DNA of 64,000 nucleotides from NCBI GenBank assembly GCA_037445815.1, contig JBBIJV010000001.1, forward strand, positions 8,750 to 72,749, given 5' to 3'. The position numbers were made by a program, and so were the translations under genes. A model generated the notes under the pieces. The model did not search any database. It was not told the origin of the DNA and saw only the letters and a list, made by a program, of their open reading frames with translations. This stretch comes from Rhodospirillaceae bacterium (lineage in GTDB: Bacteria > Pseudomonadota > Gammaproteobacteria > Steroidobacterales > Rariloculaceae). Shown one piece after another: positions 16,635-25,632 of this stretch; positions within the stretch are counted from its first letter, which is position 1, and each line of letters opens with the position of its first letter.

Positions 16635-17618
16635 ATGACTCGGGGGTTCCACGCAACGCTTGAGGTGACGTCGGCGTCGGCCGTGACGCGCCGGCCGCGC
16701 CAAACTGCCTGGGCGGACTTGATCGCGAAGTACATCGGCGGCACTCACCGCACCGAAGCGGTTGGTCGCGATGAGGGTTTCTTCGGCGAGCTCACCCATT
16801 GGCGCTTCGGCGAGCTCAAGTTCGTCTTGTCGAAAGTTCGCGGTGTGTCGGTGCGCGGTATTCAGGCCACCGACGAGCGCGCCCACAATCTGCACGACGC
16901 GTGGCTCTGCATGTGCCTATCGGGCGGTTTCGAGCTCGACGCGGGCCGGCGCTCGACGGTAATCGATCCGACCGGCGTGGCCGTCATGCAATGCGGCCGG
17001 CCGCACGTCGTGACCTTCGCGCCCGACGCCGACGTGCTCTGGGTGCGTGCGCCGCGCTACCACTTCAGAAGCCTCGATCACTGCGCGTCCGGGTTCGTGA
17101 CGCTCGACGCGTCGCGCGGCGTCGGCCGGCTCGCGTTGCAGTCGTTGCACGGTCTCTATCAGCAGGCCGCATTGCTCGACGACGAGGATGCGGGCCAGAT
17201 CGTGCACAGCACGCTGGGGCTCGTGTCGGCTGCGATGGAGCAAGCCGGCCGGCGCGGCAGGGCGCCCGAGCTCGCCGAGCCGTCTCAGCTCGAGCAGCTC
17301 AAGCAGTTCATCGAGAACAATTTGCACGACGAGGGGTTGTCGCTCGAAACAGCCGCACGGTCGCTCGGCAGGAATCCGCGCTACTTGAACCGAGTGTTCG
17401 AAGCCGCAGGCGATTCCTTCATGCGCTGGACGTGGAATCGGCGCCTCGAGCGCGCGTACGAGATGATCGTGTCGGCCGATGCGACTAGCTCGATCACCGA
17501 CGTCGCGTTCAATTGCGGGTTCAAGAACCTGTCGCACTTCAGCCGTGCGTTTCGCGAGCGGTTCGGCTGCGCGCCGAGCGCCATGCTGCGACTCGCGAGG
17601 CGGGCGACGCAGCACTGA
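16635..17618 (+). CDS. AraC family transcriptional regulator
   Basis: 327 aa. The C-terminal double HTH reads LKQFIENNLHDEGLSLETAARSLGRNPRYLNRVFE...ITDVAFNCGFKNLSHFSRAFRERFGCAPS. It is divergent from the TonB receptor operon. Confidence 0.85.
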   Translation: MTRGFHATLEVTSASAVTRRPRQTAWADLIAKYIGGTHRTEAVGRDEGFFGELTHWRFGELKFVLSKVRGVSVRGIQATDERAHNLHDAWLCMCLSGGFELDAGRRSTVIDPTGVAVMQCGRPHVVTFAPDADVLWVRAPRYHFRSLDHCASGFVTLDASRGVGRLALQSLHGLYQQAALLDDEDAGQIVHSTLGLVSAAMEQAGRRGRAPELAEPSQLEQLKQFIENNLHDEGLSLETAARSLGRNPRYLNRVFEAAGDSFMRWTWNRRLERAYEMIVSADATSSITDVAFNCGFKNLSHFSRAFRERFGCAPSAMLRLARRATQH

Positions 17619-17652
17619 GGCGTGCGGCGCGAGCCGGCGCGGTGGAGCACCG

Positions 17653-18100
17653 ATGTACCGCAGCCCTCATCCGCCGCTCGACGTATCTGCCGTGCGACTC
17701 GCGGAGCTCGTGCTCGCCGGCGCGACGGCACGCCGCGGTCGTGTGCACCGTGACGGGCCGAAGCGTTGCGTATACGGAGCTGCCGTAGCGCGTCGAGCGC
17801 ACGGCCGCGGGCCTCGCTGCGCTCGGCATCTAGAAGGGCGACGTCTGCGCGATATCTGCGCCAAGCTCGCCGGAGGACGTGATTGCCGTGCTCGCCATCG
17901 CGTGCTTGGGCGCGGTGGCAACGACGGCGAACCCCGTCAATACGAAGGACCATCTCGATCGGGCTAGCCGCTGCGAGCCCGGCGTGAAGCGCTGTTGGAC
18001 GGAGCGCTCCGGCGTTGGCGGCACATCCGTGCCGTTGCGCTCGAATCGTGAAGTCGCCGGCGAGGTCGACGTACTCGAAGAGACTTACGTTGCAACGCGC
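17653..18100 (+). pseudogene. AMP-dependent acyl-CoA synthetase/ligase remnant (4-coumarate-CoA-ligase-like N terminus)
   Basis: MYRSPHPPLDVSAVRLAELVL is in one frame. After a shift comes SVAYTELP-TAG(17786-17788)-RVERTAAGLAALGI-TAG(17831-17833)-KGDV..SPEDVIAVLAIACLGAVATTANPVNTKDHL. Only about 150 of about 540 expected codons are present, and the EamA gene ends at 18115. Confidence 0.6.
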
Positions 18101-18114
18101 CGGTGTCGTCTGCG

Positions 18115-18993
18115 TCAGCGCGCGGGCTCGACGGGCCGGCGGCCGAGCACCAGCAGCACTACGCCGGCAGTGATGACGCCCGCCGCGAGCCACTCGAATG
18201 GCGTCACCGTCTCGCCGCCGAGCCAAATGCCGAGCGCGAGCGCGATTACGGGATTCACGAACGTGTAGCTCGCAGCGAGTCCGGCGCTCACGCGCGACAG
18301 CAGCACCATGTAGGCGTTGAACGCGAGCAGCGAGCCGAACACGATCAGATAGATCCACGACCAGGCGGCCAACGGCTCCGGCGGCCACGCGGGGCGCTCG
18401 CGGACTAGGAAGGCGACGATCATCAGCAGCGCGCTGCCGCACAGCATCTCGCTCGCGAAGCCCATCGCGCCCGGCGCGAGCGAGAACCGGCGCTGCGAGA
18501 GCACGCTGCCGAGCGACCAGCTCAAGCAAGCCACCGTGATCGCGACGAGGCCCGTTCGCGACGCCGTGAACGCCTCGCCTTGCACGAGCAGCAATACGCC
18601 GGCGAGGCCCACGACCATGCCGACCAGCTCGAGCCGACCCGGCTTGATGCCGAACGGCAAGTTCATCGCCGTGATGATGATCGGAATGATCGCGATGTAC
18701 GCCACCACGAGCCCCGACGCGACGGTGAGCTCCGAGTACGCCGTGAGACCCATGCCGGTCACGAGCATCAACGTACCGACGATCGCGGCGTTGCGCCACT
18801 CAACGAGCGTCGGCAGCGCGCGTCCGCGCAGCTTGAGCCACACGATCAGCAGCAAGCCGGCGACGAGAAATCGCGAGCCCATCTGAGAGAACGGCGGAAA
18901 GCTGACGAGCGCGAACTTGATCGCGAGATACGTCGAGCCCCAGATGAACCAAGTTGCAGCGAGGCAAGCGAGCAGCAGCGGCGACAGGCGCAC
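18115..18993 (-). CDS. EamA/DMT superfamily transporter
   Basis: 292 aa with ten hydrophobic segments and two EamA repeats ([14 protein letters not shown]...; ...[19 protein letters not shown]). Confidence 0.85.
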   Translation of the reverse strand: MRLSPLLLACLAATWFIWGSTYLAIKFALVSFPPFSQMGSRFLVAGLLLIVWLKLRGRALPTLVEWRNAAIVGTLMLVTGMGLTAYSELTVASGLVVAYIAIIPIIITAMNLPFGIKPGRLELVGMVVGLAGVLLLVQGEAFTASRTGLVAITVACLSWSLGSVLSQRRFSLAPGAMGFASEMLCGSALLMIVAFLVRERPAWPPEPLAAWSWIYLIVFGSLLAFNAYMVLLSRVSAGLAASYTFVNPVIALALGIWLGGETVTPFEWLAAGVITAGVVLLVLGRRPVEPAR

Positions 18994-19091
18994 GGACGTC
19001 TCCCAAAGGCCGTGCGAGCTTACTGCTTCGCGAGTGCGTTCTCACGCGCTTCGCAGTTTGCCGGTATTCGTCTAGGCTCGGACGCAGCCTC

Positions 19092-20249
19092 ATGACCTTG
19101 GGAAACAGCATGGAAATCTACGTGAGCACGGACGTGGAAGCCGATGGCCCCATTCCGGGGCTCAACTCCATGTTGAGCTTCGCCTCGGCGGCGTACACCG
19201 CGGACAAGAAGCTGCTCGGCACGTTCAGCGCAAACCTCGAAACCCTCCCGGGGGCTTCGCCGGATCCGAGGACGACGAAGTGGTGGGCGACGCAGCCCGA
19301 AGCGTGGGCTGCCTGCCGGCGCGATCAGCGCCGTCCCGAAGATGCGCTGCGCGAGTACGCCGCTTGGCTCAAAGCCTTGCCCGGAAAACCCGTGTTCGTG
19401 GGGTATCCGGCTACGTACGATTTTCTGTTCATACAGTGGTATCTCGGGCGCTTCGTCGGCGAAAGCCCTTTCGGCTTTGCCGCTCTCGACGTCAAGAGCT
19501 ACGCCATGGCGCTGCTCAAGAAGGAGTTCCGCGAGACAACCAAGGAGCGCATGCCCGCGCACTGGTTCGACGCGCACCCTCATACGCACATCGCGCTCGA
19601 CGACGCCATCGAGCAAGGCACGCTGCTCTGCAACATGCTGGCCGAGAAGCTCGGCCGCGCGTCGCAACACACCGCGCCGGGTCTTCTCGGGAAGCTCGAA
19701 CGGATCGTTCGTGCCGATACCCACCTCATGCAATTGCTGAACGTCGCGCGGGCCGCGGACCTTCCACAGTGGCGACTCGCCGCCGGGTGCGTTTATCAAA
19801 CGGTGTGGAACGTGCTCACGAATCGGCCGGCGGGAACGGGCATCAACGACTACGACCTCATCTATTTCGACGACTCCGATCTCTCCGCGGAGGCGGAAGC
19901 CGCCGTCCAAGCCCGAATTCGCGCCGCGCTACCGGAGTTTCCCGCCCCGATAGAAGCCTGCAATCAAGCGCGGGTGCACTTGTGGTTCGAAAGCTATTTC
20001 GGAGCTCCCTATTCGCCGATCGCGTCCGCGGACGAGGCGATCACGCGCTACGCGTCCGCGACGCACGCCATCGGCGTGCGGCTGACCCACGACGATCGGT
20101 TGGACGTCTTCGCTCCGTTCGGGCTCGACGACATCTTCGGCATGATCGTGAGGCCCAACCGCGTGCTGCCGAACAAGGCCACCCACGAGAAGAAGGCGGC
20201 GCGCGCTCGAGAGATCTGGCCGGAGCTGCGGGTCATCCCCTGGGACTGA
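19092..20249 (+). CDS. Two-domain protein: DEDDh 3'-5' exonuclease fused to an NTP_transf_6-like nucleotidyltransferase
   Basis: The N-terminal half carries the Exo motifs STDVEADGP (DxE), YPATYDFLF (D) and [11 protein letters not shown] (Hx4D). The C-terminal half, [36 protein letters not shown]...[11 protein letters not shown]...FGLDDIFG, resembles the small nucleotidyltransferase family PF06042. The start is ATG 19092 or ATG 19110 (MEIYVSTD); the track ORF begins further upstream in Arg-rich sequence. Confidence 0.7.
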   Translation: MTLGNSMEIYVSTDVEADGPIPGLNSMLSFASAAYTADKKLLGTFSANLETLPGASPDPRTTKWWATQPEAWAACRRDQRRPEDALREYAAWLKALPGKPVFVGYPATYDFLFIQWYLGRFVGESPFGFAALDVKSYAMALLKKEFRETTKERMPAHWFDAHPHTHIALDDAIEQGTLLCNMLAEKLGRASQHTAPGLLGKLERIVRADTHLMQLLNVARAADLPQWRLAAGCVYQTVWNVLTNRPAGTGINDYDLIYFDDSDLSAEAEAAVQARIRAALPEFPAPIEACNQARVHLWFESYFGAPYSPIASADEAITRYASATHAIGVRLTHDDRLDVFAPFGLDDIFGMIVRPNRVLPNKATHEKKAARAREIWPELRVIPWD

Positions 20250-20264
20250 CGCGCAGCGACGGAG

Positions 20265-20590
20265 TCAGGCCGCCCACAACGTCGCGAGCTCGAGCTCGAG
20301 AGCTTCGAACGGCTCGGTACGCACCCGGTCGCCGGCCGAACGTGTGGCAAGCAGCTGTCATCGCCCGGACACGAGCCGCAACAGCTCCAGCGCCTGCCGC
20401 AGCGGATCGACGAGCCACGCGTAAGCCACGCCCCCGCGTGCGTAGATCGCGAGCTTCTTGACGCGATCGATGCGTTCCGTCGACGGCGACAACACCTCGC
20501 ACACCCAATCGGGCGCGACGGCCGGATACTCTTCGGTCGGCAGCGCGGGCGGGCGTCCGCATCGCCGGGCGCCGAGATCAGGCGCGCCTT
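20265..20590 (-). pseudogene. Uma2 (DUF820) family endonuclease remnant
   Basis: My minus-strand translation is KGAPDLGARRCGRPPALPTEEYPAVAPDWVCEVLSPSTERIDRVKKLAIYARGGVAYAWLVDPLRQALELLRLVSGR-TGA(20358-20360)-QLLATRSAGDRVRTEPFEALELELATLWAA-stop. The TGA sits where the family has Trp. The N-terminal half is missing, since the PQQ dehydrogenase gene starts at 20683. Confidence 0.6.
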
Positions 20591-20682
20591 TCGCGGCGCT
20601 TGCTTGAGTTATCGCGAGTGGGGCCGCGCTCCGGAGCGTCTTCCGCTATCCTTCTCTGCAATATCGCGCGGGGGAAGCTCGC

Positions 20683-21885
20683 ATGAGAGTTGCACGCTCC
20701 ATTCTGTGCACCGCGGTGTTGTGGGTGATCACGTGCGCGCCCGGCCGTGGCCAACCGGCGCAGATCGGCGTGCCGGTGCCGCCGCTCGGCGACGGGCCGT
20801 GGGTGTTCGATACGGCCGAGCAGCACAAAGTACGCGTCAGCGTCGTAACGAAGGGCCTCTCGCATCCCTGGGCCATCGCGTTCTTGCCCGACGGCGCCAT
20901 GCTGATCACCGAGCGCCCCGGTCGCCTGCGGTTCGTGCGCGACGGCGTGCTCGACCCCCAGCCGATTTCCGGCTTGCCCCCGATTCGCACCGACGGCAAC
21001 GGCGGCCTCATGGACGTTGCGCTGCATCCCGAGTTCGAGCGGAACGCTCTCGTCTATCTCACGTATACCAAACCCGTCGGCAACGGCATGGGCACTCCGG
21101 CGCTGATGCGCGGCCGGCTCGAAGGCCACGCCCTCGCCGACGTGGAGGATCTCGTCGTCCCCGACTACTACGAGGGTAACTCGGGCTTGAACGGCCGCGT
21201 CGTTTTCGGCCGCGACGGCAAGGTCTACATGTCGACCGGGGGCCGGTCGCAGAACGACATCGCGAACGTCGCGCAAGATCGCATGAGCCTGCGCGGCAAG
21301 ATCCTGCGACTCAACGACGACGGCTCCGTGCCGCCCGACAATCCATTCGTGGGCCGCCATGGCCATCGGCCGGAGATCTATTCGCTGGGGCACCGCAACC
21401 AGCTCGGCCTCATCGTCCATCCGACGACCGGCGAGATCTGGCAGCACGAAAACGGCCCGCAAGGCGGCGACGAGCTCAACGTCATTCTGCCCGGGCGCGA
21501 TTACGGTTGGCCCGAGGTGAGCTTCGGGCGCGACTACTCGGGCCGCCGCGTCTCCGAGCACCCGACGAGAGAGGGCATCGAGCCGCCGCTCGTCGTGTGG
21601 GTTCCCGCGATCGCCGTCGCCGGAATGGCCGTGTACACCGGCGAGCGGTTCCCGGCGTGGAAGGGCAACGTGTTCGTCGGCGCGATGATGGAGGGCCGGA
21701 TCCCGGGCACGGGCCACCTCCAGCGCGTGGTCTTCAATCAAAACATGGAAGAGATTCGCCGCGAGTCGATGTTGCGGGAGCTCAGGCAACGCATCCGAGA
21801 GGTGCGCCAAGGGCCCGACGAGCTGCTCTACTTGCTCACGGACGAGGACGACGGCGCGCTGCTGCGCCTCGAGCCGGCGCCCTGA
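20683..21885 (+). CDS. PQQ-dependent sugar (glucose/sorbosone) dehydrogenase, soluble beta-propeller type
   Basis: 400 aa with a signal peptide. It carries LSHPWAIAFLPDGAMLITERPGRLRFV, GGLMDVALHPEF, HRNQLGLIVHPTTGEIWQHENGPQGGDELN and GRDYGWPEVSFG. Confidence 0.85.
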   Translation: MRVARSILCTAVLWVITCAPGRGQPAQIGVPVPPLGDGPWVFDTAEQHKVRVSVVTKGLSHPWAIAFLPDGAMLITERPGRLRFVRDGVLDPQPISGLPPIRTDGNGGLMDVALHPEFERNALVYLTYTKPVGNGMGTPALMRGRLEGHALADVEDLVVPDYYEGNSGLNGRVVFGRDGKVYMSTGGRSQNDIANVAQDRMSLRGKILRLNDDGSVPPDNPFVGRHGHRPEIYSLGHRNQLGLIVHPTTGEIWQHENGPQGGDELNVILPGRDYGWPEVSFGRDYSGRRVSEHPTREGIEPPLVVWVPAIAVAGMAVYTGERFPAWKGNVFVGAMMEGRIPGTGHLQRVVFNQNMEEIRRESMLRELRQRIREVRQGPDELLYLLTDEDDGALLRLEPAP

Positions 21886-21905
21886 TCGAAGGCAGGACAC
21901 GGAAC

Positions 21906-22658
21906 ATGAGTGCATCGGCCACTTCCGCTGTAGGCGCGACACAGCGCGCGTTCAAGCCGTCGTTTTTCTTCTGGATGACGCTGACGATGGCGTTCTTCGT
22001 CTTCAGCGGTTTCGGCATGACCTACTTGTTCCCGCTGGCGCGGGGCACGTTCCCGCCGGCGCCGCCGATCGTGCATTTGCACGGCATCGTGTTTTTCTCC
22101 TGGATGATTCTGCTGATCGTGCAAGCCGCGCTGATCAGAAGCGGCAACGTGGCGTTGCACCGCAGTCTCGGCACGTACGGCATCGCGCACGCCACCGTGA
22201 TCCTCTACACCGGTGCGTTGATTCAGCTCCTCGGAATCTCGAGGAGCATTCGCAACGGCGGCACGGGCCCGTTCGATGCCGGGTTCCTGGGGCTGATGGC
22301 CGTCGTGGGGTTCGCGCTGCTGTTCACGCTGGCCATTCGCAACGTGCGCAGACCGGAGGTGCACAAGAGGCTCATTCTTTTCGCGATGCTGCCGATCCTG
22401 CCGCCCGGCGTGAACCGCTTCTACCAGGTTCCGTTCGCTCTCGACTACATCCCCGTGCTGCCGTTGTACGTGACGCTCGACTCGATGGCCCTGGCGATTC
22501 TCGTGCAGGAGTGGCGCAGCACCGGCAAGATCGGCAAGTACTCGATGATCGGCGCCGGCTTCATCTTTTTTCAGAGCGTCGTTCACGTGCCGATCGTCCA
22601 GTCGGACTGGTTCCTAGAGGCCGTACGCTACGTTGCCGGCATGATTCGTTACCGCTGA
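21906..22658 (+). CDS. Polytopic membrane protein of unknown function
   Basis: The start is set at ATG 21906 within track ORF 21507..22658. There are about 6 hydrophobic segments (FFFWMTLTMAFFVFSGFGM, IVFFSWMILLIVQAALI ...). I recognise no family. Confidence 0.6.
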   Translation: MSASATSAVGATQRAFKPSFFFWMTLTMAFFVFSGFGMTYLFPLARGTFPPAPPIVHLHGIVFFSWMILLIVQAALIRSGNVALHRSLGTYGIAHATVILYTGALIQLLGISRSIRNGGTGPFDAGFLGLMAVVGFALLFTLAIRNVRRPEVHKRLILFAMLPILPPGVNRFYQVPFALDYIPVLPLYVTLDSMALAILVQEWRSTGKIGKYSMIGAGFIFFQSVVHVPIVQSDWFLEAVRYVAGMIRYR

Positions 22659-23236
22659 CGCTCGCGCGGATTCTGGCAACGGAGATAAGTTCGTTCAGAT
22701 CGGTATCGCGAGTTCACGACCACGAGCACGCCTTGCGACGACCTCGAAAAGCTGCCGGTACGTTTCGAGACCACTCCGAGCAGGATCGCGATCGAGACAG
22801 GCGGCAGATTCTGATCGGACGACATGAAGTGAAGTTGCGGGCCATTGACTGCGACGGGCAATTTTGCTTCCGCGGCGACCCATCATGGTCTCGTTGTCTT
22901 GCGAGCCGGCGTGCTCACTGCCGACCCACCCCTGGGACAAGCGTTTCGTGGTTCGAGCGTCGGCAACGGCATTCTTGTCGTCGAAGCCTGGTGCACTCCC
23001 GCCGCTGAGCCAATCCGACTCGAAGTGCCCGCGATCGTGGACGTGCAGTGTCGCGAACGGCAGTGCTTGCTCGGGCTGGGCCCGGGAGCGTCCGGAGTCA
23101 GCAGCGACCTTTGGGTCGGGACGCCCTCGATCGTGTTATTGCCTGTCGGCCTTCAAGCGGCTTGTAGAATGGAGAGGAAGCCCACAGCGACGCCGAGTTC
23201 CCGAATCCAAGTCCGCCGCGGGAGGGCGGAGCACGA

Positions 23237-23740
23237 ATGACTATCGATCCTTCCGAGCGCCGTCAGGAGCCGGTAAAGCTACGTCTCGACCGACACTTCG
23301 CACCGTGCCCCAGCGAACCAGGTGATGAGTTGTACCCCAACGGCATTTTCGAGTTCAACATCTCACGGCTCATTGCCTTTATCGCGGCTAACTTGGACCG
23401 ATTTCCCATTGAGCTCATTCAGCTCGCCGACATTCCAGACTACGGTCCTGGCAACCTCGATGAAAAAGCCATCGAGGCGGCTGACCTCTCTCGTCCGATC
23501 CTGCTGGCGGAGATCGCCCCGGATCGTTACAACCTGATCGATGGGCATCACCGCGTTGCAAGGGCGCGCAGAGAAGGAGTTCGTTGCCTTCCAGCCCGTC
23601 GCCTGCGGTGCCCGGAGCATGTTGCCTTTCTGACGTCCGTCAGGGCCTATGAGGCATACGTCGGATACTGGAACGACAAGGTCGATGCGATCTCGCCTAC
23701 CGTAGGTGTCCGACGACGGCGTGCGCCTCCTCGATCGTGA
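23237..23740 (+). CDS. ParB/sulfiredoxin-like nuclease-domain protein
   Basis: 167 aa. YNLIDGHHRVARARREG contains the DGHHR signature of the ParB N-terminal/Srx fold. Its ATG overlaps the stop of the doubtful ORF 22845..23240 (ATGA). Confidence 0.6.
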   Translation: MTIDPSERRQEPVKLRLDRHFAPCPSEPGDELYPNGIFEFNISRLIAFIAANLDRFPIELIQLADIPDYGPGNLDEKAIEAADLSRPILLAEIAPDRYNLIDGHHRVARARREGVRCLPARRLRCPEHVAFLTSVRAYEAYVGYWNDKVDAISPTVGVRRRRAPPRS

Positions 23741-23894
23741 CGAGACAGCCGTACTTTTGCTCAAGGAACGCGTCGACGAACGACCGCACTGCATGGGATT
23801 GTGATCGCTCGCCGCGCGCTGAACGGACCGAAGCTTTGCGCGAGATCGGCCACAGTCAGCCTGTCGACCATCCGGCCACCACGCACCAGCTCCG

Positions 23895-24254
23895 TCAGCT
23901 GCTGCGTCTTATGCGAATCTTTCGATCGGTGACGACCACGAAACAGCGCTGCCAGGACTCGATGGCTTCGTCGTGGAAGACCGCTCGAATGCGCTCGATC
24001 AGTGTACGACGCGACGGATTCGCGAGCCGCACGACAAGGATGCCGAAATGCGTGCCCGGCTCGTAGTCTCTGAGGTCGGAAAAATCCAAGTCCTGCGTGA
24101 CGAGGAATCTGCCGGCACGCTGCGTCGCATCCCAAATCTCAGCGTCCTGCCTTCCGCTCAACTGCTCCTGCTGGACAGTGTCGACGTCGTGTCCCAACGC
24201 AGCGAGCGGCTCGACCAAGGTGGCCGGCAGGTTCTCGTCGAGCTTTATTTTCAC
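23895..24254 (-). CDS. DUF5615-type PIN-like toxin
   Basis: 119 aa. MKIKLDENLPATLVEPLAALGHDVDTV...RFLVTQDLDFSD is the usual DUF5615 pattern. It overlaps the upstream DUF433 gene by 4 nt. Confidence 0.75.
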   Translation of the reverse strand: MKIKLDENLPATLVEPLAALGHDVDTVQQEQLSGRQDAEIWDATQRAGRFLVTQDLDFSDLRDYEPGTHFGILVVRLANPSRRTLIERIRAVFHDEAIESWQRCFVVVTDRKIRIRRSS

Positions 24255-24490
24255 GACGCGTAGGGCAGCGCCGGAACGGGTAGGTCCTCCTCAGCAGAAG
24301 CGGCCGCGAACGCGATGGCGGCACGTACGTCTTCGGGGGTTAGTGTCGGGAATCCCTCCAGAATCTGCTCTACGCTATCCCCGTCCGCGAGGCTAGCGAG
24401 CACTGTCCGCAATGTTACGCGGGTGCCCTTGATGACGGGCTCTCCGCCGCAGATGCGGGGGTCGCGAACGATGCGAGCTCGATAATCCAT
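24251..24490 (-). CDS. DUF433-type antitoxin
   Basis: 79 aa. RICGGEPVIKGTRVTLRTVLASLADGDSVEQILEGFPTLTPEDVRAAIAFAA is typical of DUF433. Confidence 0.8.
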   Translation of the reverse strand: MDYRARIVRDPRICGGEPVIKGTRVTLRTVLASLADGDSVEQILEGFPTLTPEDVRAAIAFAAASAEEDLPVPALPYAS

Positions 24491-24925
24491 GAGGGCTCTC
24501 CGGAACGTGCTTCATTATCTCCCGCACGAAGTGGACATCCAAGCACGCGCCGGCCCATGGCACGCTGTCTTACCGCCGATGGCTGACCTTGTCGTATCGC
24601 GCCGATCGACCGCGTCGATGGTGAGCAGTCGCCGGCGATCAACGCTATTCCGCCGACTGACTGGACTCTAATGAGGTCCAGTCATTCGCAGCTCGCCTGG
24701 GGCGTCTCGATTCGCGCGCTGCTTCGGTCATTCGAGGCATCCCACCGGCGAACGACCTGATTAGCCACCATGCGAGTCACTGAAATAGCGTCAGCGCCGC
24801 CGCGTGCGGTCGACCGGGTTCGTCCCGAATACGACATTTGGCTCCGGAGAAACGGGGCATCTGCCCGCGGGAGTAGCTCAAGCCGTCCGGCCTGTCGGAT
24901 TCCAGAAGCCGTTTTATCTGCTCAC

Positions 24926-25495
24926 TTACAGCTTCATCACTTCGAGTCCAAGAACCCGGGCGGCGAGGTGTATCGACCGTCCGCATTGAGGAATCGCACT
25001 TTCTCTGGCCACCTTCACCTCGAAGCGAGAAACGAGATCGCGAGCGACAGCTTGCCACTCTTGGGTTGTTGACGTGCCGTAGATAGACACCGAGACGCCG
25101 CGTCCCGGAATCGGCGGCTGGTAGTCTCGACTGGCCCATCGGCGCTCGAGCACGTACACAATGAGGGGTCCGCCGCACGCGCTGACATACAGTGTCCGCA
25201 CGACGCCCGGCTCGTTTTCGCTGCCATCCTTAAACGACCAGTCGCGATCGCGAGCGAAAGCCGAGAGCGCATTCCTAAGATCGAGCCATTGCTCGCTCTC
25301 GATCCCGACGTCAATGACAAACAGCGGCGCCACGCTAGTCGCCCTGTCAATGAAGGGATCGTGGCACGACACGTCCTGCGATGGCTTCTCAGCAGGCTGT
25401 GCTCCACGCAAGTGGAACCAAGCCGTCCCGACGAGGATCGCGCCTGCACTGACCAGCCCGGGAAGCGTATACGGGGGCATTAGACTTCTGGTCAT
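24926..25495 (-). CDS. Hypothetical membrane-anchored protein
   Basis: 189 aa. One N-terminal hydrophobic segment (LPGLVSAGAILVGTAWF) is followed by a soluble domain of normal composition. I recognise no family. Confidence 0.4.
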   Translation of the reverse strand: MTRSLMPPYTLPGLVSAGAILVGTAWFHLRGAQPAEKPSQDVSCHDPFIDRATSVAPLFVIDVGIESEQWLDLRNALSAFARDRDWSFKDGSENEPGVVRTLYVSACGGPLIVYVLERRWASRDYQPPIPGRGVSVSIYGTSTTQEWQAVARDLVSRFEVKVARESAIPQCGRSIHLAARVLGLEVMKL

Positions 25496-25632
25496 TGCGG
25501 TTGCCCGACTAAGGAATCTGAACGCCCCCCATCTCCGTAACGATTCTAGGATATCGTTTGATCAATCGTCCGGAAGACTTCGTTCATCTTCGCTGAAGAC
25601 ATCGTTCGACGCCGGCAGGCTGCGGCAAGCCG

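Noticed and set aside
20358-20360. The in-frame TGA in the Uma2 fragment might be Trp recoding or selenocysteine.
   Set aside because: All other genes in the window use TGA as a genuine stop, for example 3209, 6735 and 37197. No SECIS-like hairpin follows the codon. The gene is also N-terminally truncated, so a simple nonsense mutation in a dead gene is the economical reading.
22695-23240. Overlapping open frames lie on both strands: plus 22845..23240, and a minus frame ending at 22695 that includes HVHDRGHFESDWLSGG...ETYRQLFEVVARRARGRE.
   Set aside because: The two frames share codon boundaries, so composition cannot discriminate between them. Neither has a recognisable family. The minus frame lacks a canonical start for most of its length. 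The region is left uncalled and is mentioned only in the ParB-like finding.
23697-23855. A small minus-strand frame encoding ...AVRSFVDAFLEQKYGCLVTIEEAHAVVGHLR overlaps the 3' end of the ParB-like gene.
   Set aside because: It has no ATG start. Only an internal GTG gives about 30 aa. It overlaps a better-supported gene, and I recognise no family.
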